DNA of 63,964 bases, counting the filler, from Lama guanicoe (lineage: Eukaryota), in NCBI GenBank assembly GCA_013239625.1. It is 80 parts of 78 records of this genome, joined end to end, with 100 filler letters (N's around TTAATTAATTAA, not from the genome) between each part and the next. Parts side by side here need not be neighbours in the genome. Positions count along the whole stretch, not along the records: positions 13,607 to 14,183 come from MU054241.1; positions 14,284 to 14,919 come from PNXV01006336.1; positions 15,020 to 15,486 come from PNXV01006339.1; positions 15,587 to 16,036 come from MU054243.1; positions 16,137 to 16,958 come from PNXV01006348.1; positions 17,059 to 17,951 come from PNXV01006349.1; positions 18,052 to 18,602 come from PNXV01006354.1; positions 18,703 to 19,584 come from MU054246.1; 72 more parts are not named here. One strand, given 5' to 3'. The notes beneath the pieces are model-generated. The model was not told the DNA's origin. It did not search any database and was given only the letters and a program-made list of their open reading frames with translations. Positions 13,507-25,622 of this stretch are shown piece by piece; position 1 is the stretch's first letter, and each line of letters begins with the position of its first letter. A program made the translations under genes and the position numbers.

Positions 13507-13606
13507 NNNNNNNNNNNNNNNNNNNNNNNNNNNNNNNNNNNNNNNNNNNNTTAATTAATTAANNNNNNNNNNNNNNNNNNNNNNNNNNNNNNNNNNNNNN
13601 NNNNNN

Positions 13607-14183
13607 ATTCAGTATTCTGTATTTTATATTCTAAATTCTATGTTTTGAATTTTATATTCTAAATTTTGGATTCCATATACTCTATTCAATATTCTATATT
13701 CTGTGTTCTACATTCTATATTCTGTATTCTATATTCTGCATTCCGTATTCTATATTCTATATTCTGTGTACTAGATTCTATATTCTAAATTCTATATTCA
13801 GTATTCTGTATTTTGTATTCCAAATTCTGTGTTCTTCATTCCATGTTCTAAATCCTGGGATCTATATTCTGTTTTCAATATTCTACATTCTGTGTTCTAG
13901 ATACTATATTGTGTATTCTATGTATTGCATTCCGTATTCTACATTCTATATTNNNNNNNNNNNNNNNNNNNNNNNNNNNNNNNNNNNNNNNNNNNNNNNN
14001 NNNNNNNNNNNNNNNNNNNNNNNNNNNNNNNNNNNNNNNNNNACTATACTCTATATTCTTTATTCTGTGTTCTAAATTCTATATTCTATATTCTATACTC
14101 AGTATTCCATATTCTATATTGTATTTTCTGGGTACTGCATTCCATGTTCTATAATCCATATTCGGTATTCTGTATTCTATATA
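13607..14183 (-). repeat. Satellite family D
   Basis: Heptamer periodicity. Confidence 0.92.
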
Positions 14184-15586
14184 NNNNNNNNNNNNNNNNN
14201 NNNNNNNNNNNNNNNNNNNNNNNNNNNTTAATTAATTAANNNNNNNNNNNNNNNNNNNNNNNNNNNNNNNNNNNNNNNNNNNNGAGGCCGCACAGCCTGG
14301 CACACGGTGATGTCTCCTGGGCTTGGCCACCTGTGACGTGACTGGACTTACCCCACCCCCAACCCGATCTGGATTTTCCGACTGTTGTTTCCTTTTATTC
14401 ACGTATCCATTTATTCCATAATCATTTTTGGGGGGAGGCATCCCCAGGGTACCAGGCTATGTGCCAGGGCTCTGAGAGCCCCCAAACCTTGTGCCCATCT
14501 GTCTGCCCCAGAATCCTGTCACTTGGGAATCACCCCCACCCACCTCAGAACTGTTCCCCTCTCCCTGGGGAGTGGCTGAGCGGCAGGGTGTCCCCAGCCC
14601 CCTGCCAGGAGCAAATCTTGACACTGAGTTGATGTGTGTTGATTAAATGAACACAGAAGAAAAGGATTTTTTAAAAAAATTACCATCCCTTCCAGATCCC
14701 CAGCCCCCTTTCAGACTGATGTCATCCAAATTACTGGCACAGTGAGGAGTTAAGTGCAGGTGGCCTGGGGATTGTGCATAAGCAAGTCTCCCAGCCCCCA
14801 GGCAGCTGTTACCAGCACCTCTGTGAGCTTCTGATGTTCAAGTGTCCCTGGGGCTTAAAAAACGCTAACGGCGGCTCTCTTCCTATTACTGTAATAATAC
14901 TTAGGACTGGCCTGCCTCCNNNNNNNNNNNNNNNNNNNNNNNNNNNNNNNNNNNNNNNNNNNNTTAATTAATTAANNNNNNNNNNNNNNNNNNNNNNNNN
15001 NNNNNNNNNNNNNNNNNNNGTTTTCTCAGCTCTGTTGCCCCCCTTCAACCTGCATTCTGATTGGGAAAATAAGAACTTTTATTGCAGGTAGGGGGATTTC
15101 CAAAAAAGGAGTGTCCCCCAACCGAGAAAATAAAGAAAAATTAGACGTACACTGTAGAGACACAGGGAGATCTGTTGAGCCAGAGGACACTTGCTTTACT
15201 GTCAATTAGTAGGAGGCACAGCTTTTTGATGAGTTGGGTAACATATTGCAGCCTTTCTCAAGGTATTGCCCACGGCTCTTGAATGAGAAGTGATGAAGTG
15301 GGGCCAAGGAATTAGCCTCCGAATGCCCTCTGCCATGGATGTTGTCTCTATTTTCCACTTTTAAGCTTTAGCTTAGACAAGTTGCAGTGTCTTGCCAAGT
15401 GGGCTACAGACAGTAATTGTGTCTTGAAGCACACGATTCTTTCCTCCTCACTGCAGCAGAGAACCTCTGCATTGGAGCATCCTGAGNNNNNNNNNNNNNN
15501 NNNNNNNNNNNNNNNNNNNNNNNNNNNNNNTTAATTAATTAANNNNNNNNNNNNNNNNNNNNNNNNNNNNNNNNNNNNNNNNNNNN

Positions 15587-16036
15587 CTATATTCTGATTT
15601 CTATATTCTGCATTCCGTATGCTATACTCTATTTTTTGTGTTCTATATTCTATACTATAAATTCAATATTCAATATTCTTTATTCTATATTCTAAATTCT
15701 GTGTTCTGAATTCCATGTTCTAAATTTTGGGTTGTATATTCTGTAGTCTATATTCTCTGTTCTACATTCTATATTCTGAATTCTATATTCTGTATTCTGT
15801 ATTCTATATTCTAAATTCTGTGATACAATTTTATATTCTACATTCTATATTCAGTATTCTGTNNNNNNNNNNNNNNNNNNNNNNNNNNNNNCATTCCATG
15901 CTCTAATTTATGTGTTCTATATTCTCTATTCTATATTCCTTATTTCGGGTTCTTCATTCTATATTCTACAATCTGTATTGTGCATTTCGTATTTTATATT
16001 CTATATTCTGTGTTTTACATTCTATATTCTAAATTC
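15587..16036 (-). repeat. Satellite family D
   Basis: Heptamer periodicity. Confidence 0.92.
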
Positions 16037-16759
16037 NNNNNNNNNNNNNNNNNNNNNNNNNNNNNNNNNNNNNNNNNNNNTTAATTAATTAANNNNNNNN
16101 NNNNNNNNNNNNNNNNNNNNNNNNNNNNNNNNNNNNCATCCAAACCAAGAGAGGTCTCTTTTGGCAGCTTCCTCTCTTGATAGGGAAGCTTATCATTCAC
16201 ATGGGCACCAGCACATATCTCCACACATAATAGTGGCTCTTAATGGGTTATTTGCCAATTCTCAAATCATGTGTGAGGCCAGTAGAATGAGGGGCATTAT
16301 TAGTCTTAAGCCAACTGAGATCTACCTCTGGTGCTTCAGAAAGAGTGGGTCAATCGAGCTTAAATCACAGGACTAAAAACAGAAGGGAGGTTATTTATCC
16401 TAAAGCTAAATCTGGGTCCTCTTCTAAGACTGGGGACAGATCCAGGACAGTAGTTCTGTCCACTACTGAGTACTTTCAAATTTTCTTTAATGAGCAAATA
16501 TTAAAGTTATGATCAGAAAAGATGATAAGTAGGAAGGAACTTGAGGAAGGAGAATGGAAAGCTTTCCTGTTTCTTAAGAAATATTCAACCCATTAAGTGC
16601 TTGGAAGGAAAATGGAAATGTGTCAAGTTTGTAAAAGTTCTGAAATGAATTAGAATTGATTCCGCAGACCATGTAGGAGACAGTGCTATACAGTTAGTGT
16701 GTCTTTGGGCTCTTATTTGGGCTCTTTGAGTATTTCAGTTCTTTCACTTAATAGTTGCT

Positions 16760-16920
16760 TCATTTGGGGCAAATTGCATCATCTCCATGTGGTTCTATTT
16801 CCTCATCTGTAAAAGAGATATAATATTACCTTCCCCACAAGGTGATTGTGAGGATTTAGAAAATTATTTGTGTTCTGAATCAATAGTAAGCATTTAAAGA
16901 ATCTTAACCATTATGATTAC
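16760..16920. mobile_element. MIR SINE core fragment (also in paralogue 58570-58730)
   Basis: tttcctcatctgtaaaa..ataattacct..caaggtgattgtgaggatttaga MIR core motif. Confidence 0.7.
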
Positions 16921-17058
16921 TTAATACATAATTAAAAAATTATTATGCAGACTTTTTANNNNNNNNNNNNNNNNNNNNNNNNNNNNNNNNNNNNNNNNNN
17001 NNTTAATTAATTAANNNNNNNNNNNNNNNNNNNNNNNNNNNNNNNNNNNNNNNNNNNN

Positions 17059-17940
17059 CTTCTTTTCACTCTCCCCTTTGGTAACCACAAGTTTGTTTTC
17101 TGTGTCGATGAGTCTTATCTGTTTTGTATATACATTCCTTTGTATTTTTTATTCCAAATGTAAATGATACATAGTAGTTGTCTTTCTCTATATGACTTTT
17201 TCATTAAGTGTAATATTCTATAGGTCCATCCACATTGCTGCAAATGGCAGTACTTTATTCTTTTTATGGCTGGGTAGTACTCCATTATATGTCTTTATCT
17301 CTAGCCCTGTCTCTATATAAATAAACACACATACATACACATCACGTCTTGGTAATCTGATCATCTATTGATGGGCACTTGGGTTGTTTCCATGTCTAGG
17401 CTATTGTAAACAGTTCTGCTATGAACATTGGAGTGCATGTATCTTTTTGAATTAGAGGAGGGTTTTTTTTTTTTTTTTAAGGAGTGGAATTGCTAGATAA
17501 TATGGCAGTTGTATTTTTATTTTTTTTCAAAGAACATCCATACCATTTTCCATAGTGGCTGTGCAAATTTATGTTCCCACCATAGTGTATGAAGTTTCCT
17601 TTTCCCCACATCTTCTCCAACGTTTGTTATTTGCAAACTTTTTTTTTTTTACGATAAGGCTGTTGAAATTTTGGTAGAGAGTTGTACTTATCTATATATT
17701 AATTTGAGGAGACTGGACATCTTAACAATATTGAGTGTTTAAGTCAATGAACACGGTATTCCTTAACTTAGATTTTCTTGAATTTCTTTCAGCCATGTTT
17801 CATGATTTTTAGTGTAGAGGTCTTGCAAATCTTTTATTAGGTTTATTCTCAGTTGTTTTATTCTTAGGCTATTGTAAATAATACTGTTTTAAATTTCCTT
17901 TTCTAAGTTTTCACTGCTTGGGTATACAAATACAACTGAT
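17059..17940 (-). mobile_element. LINE-1 3' end followed by an older L1 fragment
   Basis: ctcccctttggtaaccacaagtttg..ctgctatgaacattggagtgcatgtatctttttgaattag. Confidence 0.85.
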
Positions 17941-18051
17941 TTTTTTTTTTTNNNNNNNNNNNNNNNNNNNNNNNNNNNNNNNNNNNNNNNNNNNNTTAAT
18001 TAATTAANNNNNNNNNNNNNNNNNNNNNNNNNNNNNNNNNNNNNNNNNNNN

Positions 18052-18602
18052 AAAAAAAAAAAAAGAGGATGTGTTCTCCTGGAGACTGTGCGTTCTTGAT
18101 GGTTTTATCGAGAAGTCTTTCTGTCTTTGCCCTGTTTCGCAAACTCAGCTTGCTGTTTCAAGAGGCCCTCTGTTGGCACCCTCTTCTGTGCTGCTCCCAG
18201 TGCCTCTTGGCAAGAAGATCGCGCTCCCTTCCAACACTGGCTCAGGTGCTGCTCTCCTTAGAGGTGGGCAGGTGGGTCACTCCCCCTCCCGATGCCACAG
18301 TGAGATGCTGTGCTGGGGGGTGGGAGGTGGGTGGATCACGTCCCCTCCCAGCACTGCGGTCAGGTGCTGTGTTCCTGCCAGGAAGAGGGGTGGCGACCCA
18401 CCCTCTCCTGGCGCAGGTCGCTCTGCTGCTCTGTGCAGCTGCGGCACTCCACCTCAGGTTGGCACTCCAAAGGCGGGCTGGAAAGCCCCGCCCCTGCTCC
18501 ATTCCAAAACCCAGTTTCTTGTTTGTCTTGGTGGAGCGAGTTCTCTGAGGTGTCGGGCAGAAAGATCCTATCTGCCTCGGGCTGTAAACAAGTCTCAGTC
18601 CT
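18052..18602 (-). mobile_element. LINE-1 5' UTR, GC/CpG-rich internal promoter region
   Basis: ctcagcttgctgtttcaagaggccctctgttggcaccctc..gtgctgctcccag is shared with 37021 and 56642, where it lies just upstream of L1 ORF1. Confidence 0.8.
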
Positions 18603-18752
18603 NNNNNNNNNNNNNNNNNNNNNNNNNNNNNNNNNNNNNNNNNNNNTTAATTAATTAANNNNNNNNNNNNNNNNNNNNNNNNNNNNNNNNNNNNNNNNNN
18701 NNCTACAAGAAAACTTAGAAAGGCAGTATAATGAGCTCAGGAATAAAATTAA

Positions 18753-18986
<234 letters not shown>

Positions 18987-19357
18987 GCTGTTCCTTGTGC
19001 CTGAGGCAATGATGATCCTTAATTCCATTCCTGTTTAAACATCTGGATTCCCTGNNNNNNNNNNNNNNNNNNNNNNNNNNNNNNNNNNNNNNNNNNNNNN
19101 NNNNNNNNNNNNNNNNNNNNNNNNNNNNNNNNNNNNNNNNNNNNNNNNNNNNNNNNNNNNNNNNNNNNNNNNNNNNNNNNNNNNNNNNNNNNNNNNNNNN
19201 NNNNNNNNNNNNNNNNNNNNNNNNNNNNNNNNNNNNNNNNNNNNNNNNNNNNNNNNNNNNNNNNNNNNNNNNNNNNNNNNNNNNNNNNNNNNNNNNNNNN
19301 NNNNNNNAAAAAAAAAAAAAAGGCTAGGAGGAATACTTTATCAAAGAGATTGAAATG

Positions 19358-19584
19358 CAAAATGAAAAGACAAACTACTGAGTGGGAGAAAATATTTCCA
19401 AAAGGATGCGACTGACAAGGGCTTAATTTCCAATGTATACAGACGGCTCATACACCCCAATATCAAAAAACAAACAACCCAGTTGAAAAATGAACAGAAG
19501 ACTTTTCATTTCTCCAAGAAGACATAAAAATGGCTAACAGGCACATGAAAAGATGCTCCATATTGCTAATTATTAGAGAAATGC
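19358..19584 (+). mobile_element. LINE-1 ORF2 3' fragment
   Basis: aaaatgaaaagacaaactactgagtgggagaaaatatt..ggcacatgaaaagatgctc..attattagagaaatgc. Confidence 0.88.
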
Positions 19585-22500
19585 NNNNNNNNNNNNNNNN
19601 NNNNNNNNNNNNNNNNNNNNNNNNNNNNTTAATTAATTAANNNNNNNNNNNNNNNNNNNNNNNNNNNNNNNNNNNNNNNNNNNNAAATGACTCTGACCCC
19701 CATCTCAATGATTTAACTGAGGTCACTTTCTTTCTCCCTTGAGAACATTCATGATTGAGCAGACTCTTTGGAGTTGTTTTTTATAGTCACTAAGCCCACC
19801 ATCGCCCCAGACTGCCAGCATTCGGATAAAAGGCAACTGTCCTTTCTACCAGCCATTTGTCACTCTTGAATATTAATTTTTAAGAAGCGAGGTGCTGTAC
19901 CTGAGTTTGTTAACACATTTTCACGCCCAACATAGGGCTGCACTCTCTCGGTGATCAGGGTCCTCTGGGCTTTTGGGTTGCAGCTTCTGTTGGTGGCAAC
20001 ACACAGGATCGAGTGTGAAGAGCCAGCCGCCTGTGGCAAGCTGGCCAGAAGGGGATTCTCAGGAAAGTCCCAGCAGTTGTTGGAAATGTTCATCCTGGGG
20101 ATTCTGTCCATCTGTCCCCTGCCCAGCACTGGCTGCCAGTTTTCTCTTAAGGTTGGTGGGGATGAATTCTAAGTTCTAAACTGAACTTTAATATTTGAAA
20201 GCAAATCCTGGATCTCACCTGTTAGAAATAAAATTGTAATTGTAAACTTTCTTCTAGGACTTCTTCAATCACAGTCTAAAATTGATAAAAAATCAAGTTA
20301 GTATTGAATTAAAAGCAACAAAATAGAATCATTCAGAGGCGCTGCAGAAACCTNNNNNNNNNNNNNNNNNNNNNNNNNNNNNNNNNNNNNNNNNNNNTTA
20401 ATTAATTAANNNNNNNNNNNNNNNNNNNNNNNNNNNNNNNNNNNNNNNNNNNNCGCAGGGCTTTGTGGTTTTGGAATTGGGAGAGTAGCCTAATTCTCTG
20501 ATAATCCTGGGAGCAGAAAAATATGTTGTGGTTTATATATGATTTGTTTCTTCCCTCTCTTTTATCTATATGTATGTGTATGTATCTATCTGTCACTGTA
20601 ATATCCTTGAGATATACTCCATCAAGATGATAGAGCATTTTCTTTTTGTCCTCCTAAGAGTAACCTTACCCCCATTTTCCAGACTCAGAGTGTTAATTTG
20701 AAGATAATGAAGGTAGAAATGGATACTGTAAAGGGCTAAAATCCAGGAAAAAATCATCTTAAAGCATACCTTCTGAAATAAAATTATTGAAATGTAAACC
20801 AAGTATCTCTAATTTAAAATATGTTGATTATCAAATGTTGATTTTAAGCAAGTATAGGGAAGACATCAAAGTGATTAAAATGGTGTGGACACTGGGAGAA
20901 TACGCAAGAGGCTACACCCTCCTATGACTGAAAATCTTTAATCTTTTGAACCTTTTTTCTTTCTTTCCCTAATTGAAAAGACCTATCTTTTTTTTTTCAC
21001 ATGCTACTATTTTATTTTATTTTATTATTATTATTTTTTCACATGCTACTATTTTAAGTCATAACAACCTGTTTATCAGTTATATATTCCCCACTGTGTC
21101 ATTATTTAGATTTAACTGTATATTTTATAAGATCAATTGTATACCATGTATTCTCCTGCTTTCATCTTCATTGTGATGTCCCTGTTCTGACTCACTGGCA
21201 GTTTGGTTATAGTCTATCTGTTCTTCAGCTACGGTACCTCCCATGTGAGAGTTGATTTTCTGCATTCTTAAATCTGTGCAGGTGAATGGTACCTCACCCA
21301 GGTGTAAAAGTCCTAGATTGCAGCCCTTGCTTTTAAAAGGTCTGTAGGTATTAGTCCACCAAATACTAGCTTCTAGTGTTTTAGATGGTAAGCCCAGTGC
21401 CGAAAAGACCTATCTTTGTTGCTGTTGAACATCATTCTATTTTAACTCCANNNNNNNNNNNNNNNNNNNNNNNNNNNNNNNNNNNNNNNNNNNNTTAATT
21501 AATTAANNNNNNNNNNNNNNNNNNNNNNNNNNNNNNNNNNNNNNNNNNNNTCTCTGTGTACTGTGAACTGTTAGAAAGATTAAAGACGTGTGAAACATTT
21601 AACTGAAAATATACACACTTCCCTCCGTTGTTACAGTGCATACAGATCTGAACAAAAGGAAAGAGGGAAGAACAAAGGCCCATGGGATGCTACTGGGTAG
21701 AATCACATTTACCTTAGGAACCTCTCGTCGGATGCAGCCCCTCCCCCAACACTGACAAGATGCAGCAGCCATTGGGGATGGCAGTTAGCGGTTGGATTCC
21801 AGGTGGAATGTTGGTGTGTACCGCGAGGCTTGTTGTGGCTGGTGGATCCTAGGTAACCGGGCAGAGTTCTGTGGNNNNNNNNNNNNNNNNNNNNNNNNNN
21901 NNNNNNNNNNNNNNNNNNNNTCTTTGTTCCGGGAATCTGTGTCAGTTCCAGATACTGCTGCTGCCCAAAGACCTGAGATCACGGGTCAGTTTCCAGAANN
22001 NNNNNNNNNNNNNNNNNNNNNNNNNNNNNNNNNNNNNNNNNNTTAATTAATTAANNNNNNNNNNNNNNNNNNNNNNNNNNNNNNNNNNNNNNNNNNNNAT
22101 GTGTTCCTTTGAAATACTATGTACTGAATTCTATTTAAAATACCTACCTGCTATCTCATTACTTCCTTGAGAAAAGAGGCTTGAAGTATGGACCTTTAAA
22201 TGTAGAAAACCAAAGTCAACATTATTTCAACCAAACTCAAGAGAAAAAAAAANNNNNNNNNNNNNNNNNNNNNNNNNNNNNNNNNNNNNNNNNNNNNNNN
22301 NNNNNNNNNNNNNNNNNNNNNNNNNNNNNNNNNNNNNNNNNNNNNNNNNNNNNGTTTTTTTGCTAAAAAATTCTTTTCAAATGCATCAACATATTTTCAT
22401 CTCTTTAGACAATATCAGAATGTAAGCTGCACATGTCCATTTTTAGATACCACAGTGATGCCCTTCAAAGATCTGAGCCCCTTCCCTTGAGATAACATCT

Positions 22501-23258
22501 AATGATGCCCACATGCCACAATCAGAGTGGACATTTTACACTGTCCATCAGAACATGTTTCTTTCCTTCCTAAAATAGATTAGCCTATTCATCCTGATTT
22601 AAGAACATAAAATAAATCACTCATTCTGAGCTAGAAATATTGTATGGATTGGCACTCTCTTATCTTCTTGTTCCTTCTCTTGTCAAAGCATTACTAGACT
22701 GTCTTATCACCACATCACCATGTACTCGCCGTGCGCTTCCCCCAACATGTGTGGCACGTTTTACCCACTCAACTGGACTCTCCCTGTCGCAGCAATCATG
22801 CTGCTTTTTCTTCAGGATCTCCCCTAAGACACCACTTTCCTAGGGTAAAGTCCATCNNNNNNNNNNNNNNNNNNNNNNNNNNNNNNNNNNNNNNNNNNNN
22901 TTAATTAATTAANNNNNNNNNNNNNNNNNNNNNNNNNNNNNNNNNNNNNNNNNNNNTATTCAGAATGCTGTTCAATATCTGAAAAAAATAGATCTGTAAG
23001 AACTTGCAACTCTGGAAGTTATTAATATTCAGAGACATGATGTTTCTTTCTCTGGTTTTCGGGATATTTTCAACAGTGATAATTCTTCATAAGGGGACTA
23101 TTATGCTTTTTCATATTGTGAAACTGCTAAGATTCTCAGTATCTTAAAAAGACACTGCAGTCTGAGAATAAATAGACATTTAAACAAAAGAATNNNNNNN
23201 NNNNNNNNNNNNNNNNNNNNNNNNNNNNNNNNNNNNNNNNNNNNNNNNNNNNNNNNNN

Positions 23259-23420
23259 ACAATTTTTCAGTCATACATGGACATATACACACTCATTGTC
23301 ACATTTTTTTCTCTGTGATTTATCATAACATTTTGTGTATATTTCCCTGTGCTATACAGTGTAATCTTGTTTATCTGTTCTACAATTTTGAAATCCCAGT
23401 CTACCCCTTCCCACCCTCCA
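23259..23420 (-). mobile_element. Lineage-specific LINE-1 3' UTR fragment
   Basis: cattgtcacatttttttctctgtg..atatttccctgtgctatacagt; same as 25790-25882. Confidence 0.75.
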
Positions 23421-24316
23421 TGTTTATTGCACTGTCATATGGCCACTGGATACTCATTAAATATTAGTTAATGTTCAAAAAATTAAGTAGGATATAATCA
23501 CTCACTGCATAAAAACCTGCAGAGAAGTTTGGCCATGCTTGAAACTAAGAGAGGAAATTTCAAAAATAAAGAATAAAGGCCTTCCTCATAACATTTAAGC
23601 TGGTATCCTGTGATACCATGAAACACCATAGAGTGTAATTATGATTGTGGCACAATATCAAAATATTTTNNNNNNNNNNNNNNNNNNNNNNNNNNNNNNN
23701 NNNNNNNNNNNNNTTAATTAATTAANNNNNNNNNNNNNNNNNNNNNNNNNNNNNNNNNNNNNNNNNNNNTACTGTATTTCTTCATCTCTACTGGTCAGGT
23801 AATTTCAGCTATCTAATGAAGACTTCGAGGGCTTTGTTAACTGAAAACTTTAGACTCTTGGCTCTACACAATTGCATGGGATTTCTGTGAGGACAAATTT
23901 TCCTAGACATTGATGCCATGTCCTGTTCCTGTGTGTGTTGTCTGGCCTATCTCCAATTGCTGGTGTTGCCTTTGTTGTGATGAACATTTCGATTAGGATA
24001 ACCTCATTTTGATTACGCTTCTCTCACAAATCTGAAAGAGCACAGGACACTTCCTCTGGTGGAAATGGAGCTTCTAAAGGTTCTCAGCTCTGCATTCTAC
24101 TCTATGTTATTTTGGAGTGTTTTCAGAAGTGCAGAGTGTGAGTGCGCTTGTGCTTTGTAGTGTCACAGGAATGTCCCGCTGAAACCAGTTCTTCCAAGAG
24201 CTTCTCTGTCTACAGANNNNNNNNNNNNNNNNNNNNNNNNNNNNNNNNNNNNNNNNNNNNTTAATTAATTAANNNNNNNNNNNNNNNNNNNNNNNNNNNN
24301 NNNNNNNNNNNNNNNN

Positions 24317-25522
24317 AACATGGAATGCAGAACACAGAATTTAGAGTATAGAACACAGAATACTGTCTATAGAATTTAGAATATAAAATGTAGAACAGAG
24401 AGTATAGAATATATAATACGGAATACTGAGTATAAAATTTAGAACATAGAATGCGGAACACAGAATTTTGAATATAGAATATAGAATACTGAATACAGAT
24501 TTAGAACATGGANNNNNNNNNNNNNNNNNNNNNNNNNNNNNNNNNNNNNNNNNNNNNNNNNNNNNNNNNNNNNNNNNNNNNNNNNNNNNNNNNNNNNNNN
24601 NNNNNNNNNNNNNNNNNNNNNNNNNNNNNNNNNNNNNNNNNNNNNNNNNNNNNNNNNNNNNNNNNNNNNNNNNNNNNNNNNNNNNNNNNNNNNNNNNNNN
24701 NNNNNNNNNNNNNNNNNNNNNNNNNNNNNNNNNNNNNNNNNNNNNNNNNNNNNNNNNNNNNNNNNNNNNNNNNNNNNNNNNNNNNNNNNNNNNNNNNNNN
24801 NNNNNNNNNNNNNNNNNNNNNNNNNNNNNNNNNNNNNNNNNNNNNNNNNNNNNNNNNNNNNNNNNNNNAATAGAGAAAAGACAATGTAGAACTCAGAATT
24901 TAGAACATGGAATTCAGAACACAGAATTTAGAATATAGAATACAGAATACTGAATATAGAATTTAGAATACAGAATGTAAAACACAGAATTTAGTATATA
25001 GATTATCGAATGCAGAATATAGAATTTAGAATATAGAATGAAGAACACAGTATTTAGAATATTGAATAGAGAATATAGAACCCAAATTTTAGAAAATGGA
25101 TTGCAGTACACAGAATTTAGAATATAGAATACAGAACACTGTATATAGAATTTAAAAAATGAATGTAGAACACAGAGTATAGAATAGATAAGAGAATATA
25201 GAACTAGAATTTAGAACATGGAATGCAGAACACAGAATTTAGAATATAGAATAGAGAATACTGAGTGTACAATTTAGATTATAGAATTTAGGACACAGAA
25301 TATAGAATATAGAATACAGAATATAGAACACAGAACTTAGAATATGGAATGCAGAACACAGATTTTAGAATATAATACAGTATACTGAATATAGAATTAA
25401 GAATATAGAATGTATAAAACAGAAAATAGAATATATAATACCGAATGAAGAATATAGAAATGAATATAGAATATATAACACAAAATCGAATATAAAATAG
25501 AAAATATAGAACCCAGAATTTA
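24317..25522 (+). repeat. Satellite family D
   Basis: Heptamer periodicity; landmark agaacatggaatgcagaacac at 24902, 25091, 25213, 25339. Confidence 0.93.
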
Positions 25523-25622
25523 NNNNNNNNNNNNNNNNNNNNNNNNNNNNNNNNNNNNNNNNNNNNTTAATTAATTAANNNNNNNNNNNNNNNNNNNNNN
25601 NNNNNNNNNNNNNNNNNNNNNN

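Noticed and set aside
18069..18658. Overlapping 114-195 aa ORFs
   Set aside because: GC-rich antisense L1 5' UTR sequence; no protein signature
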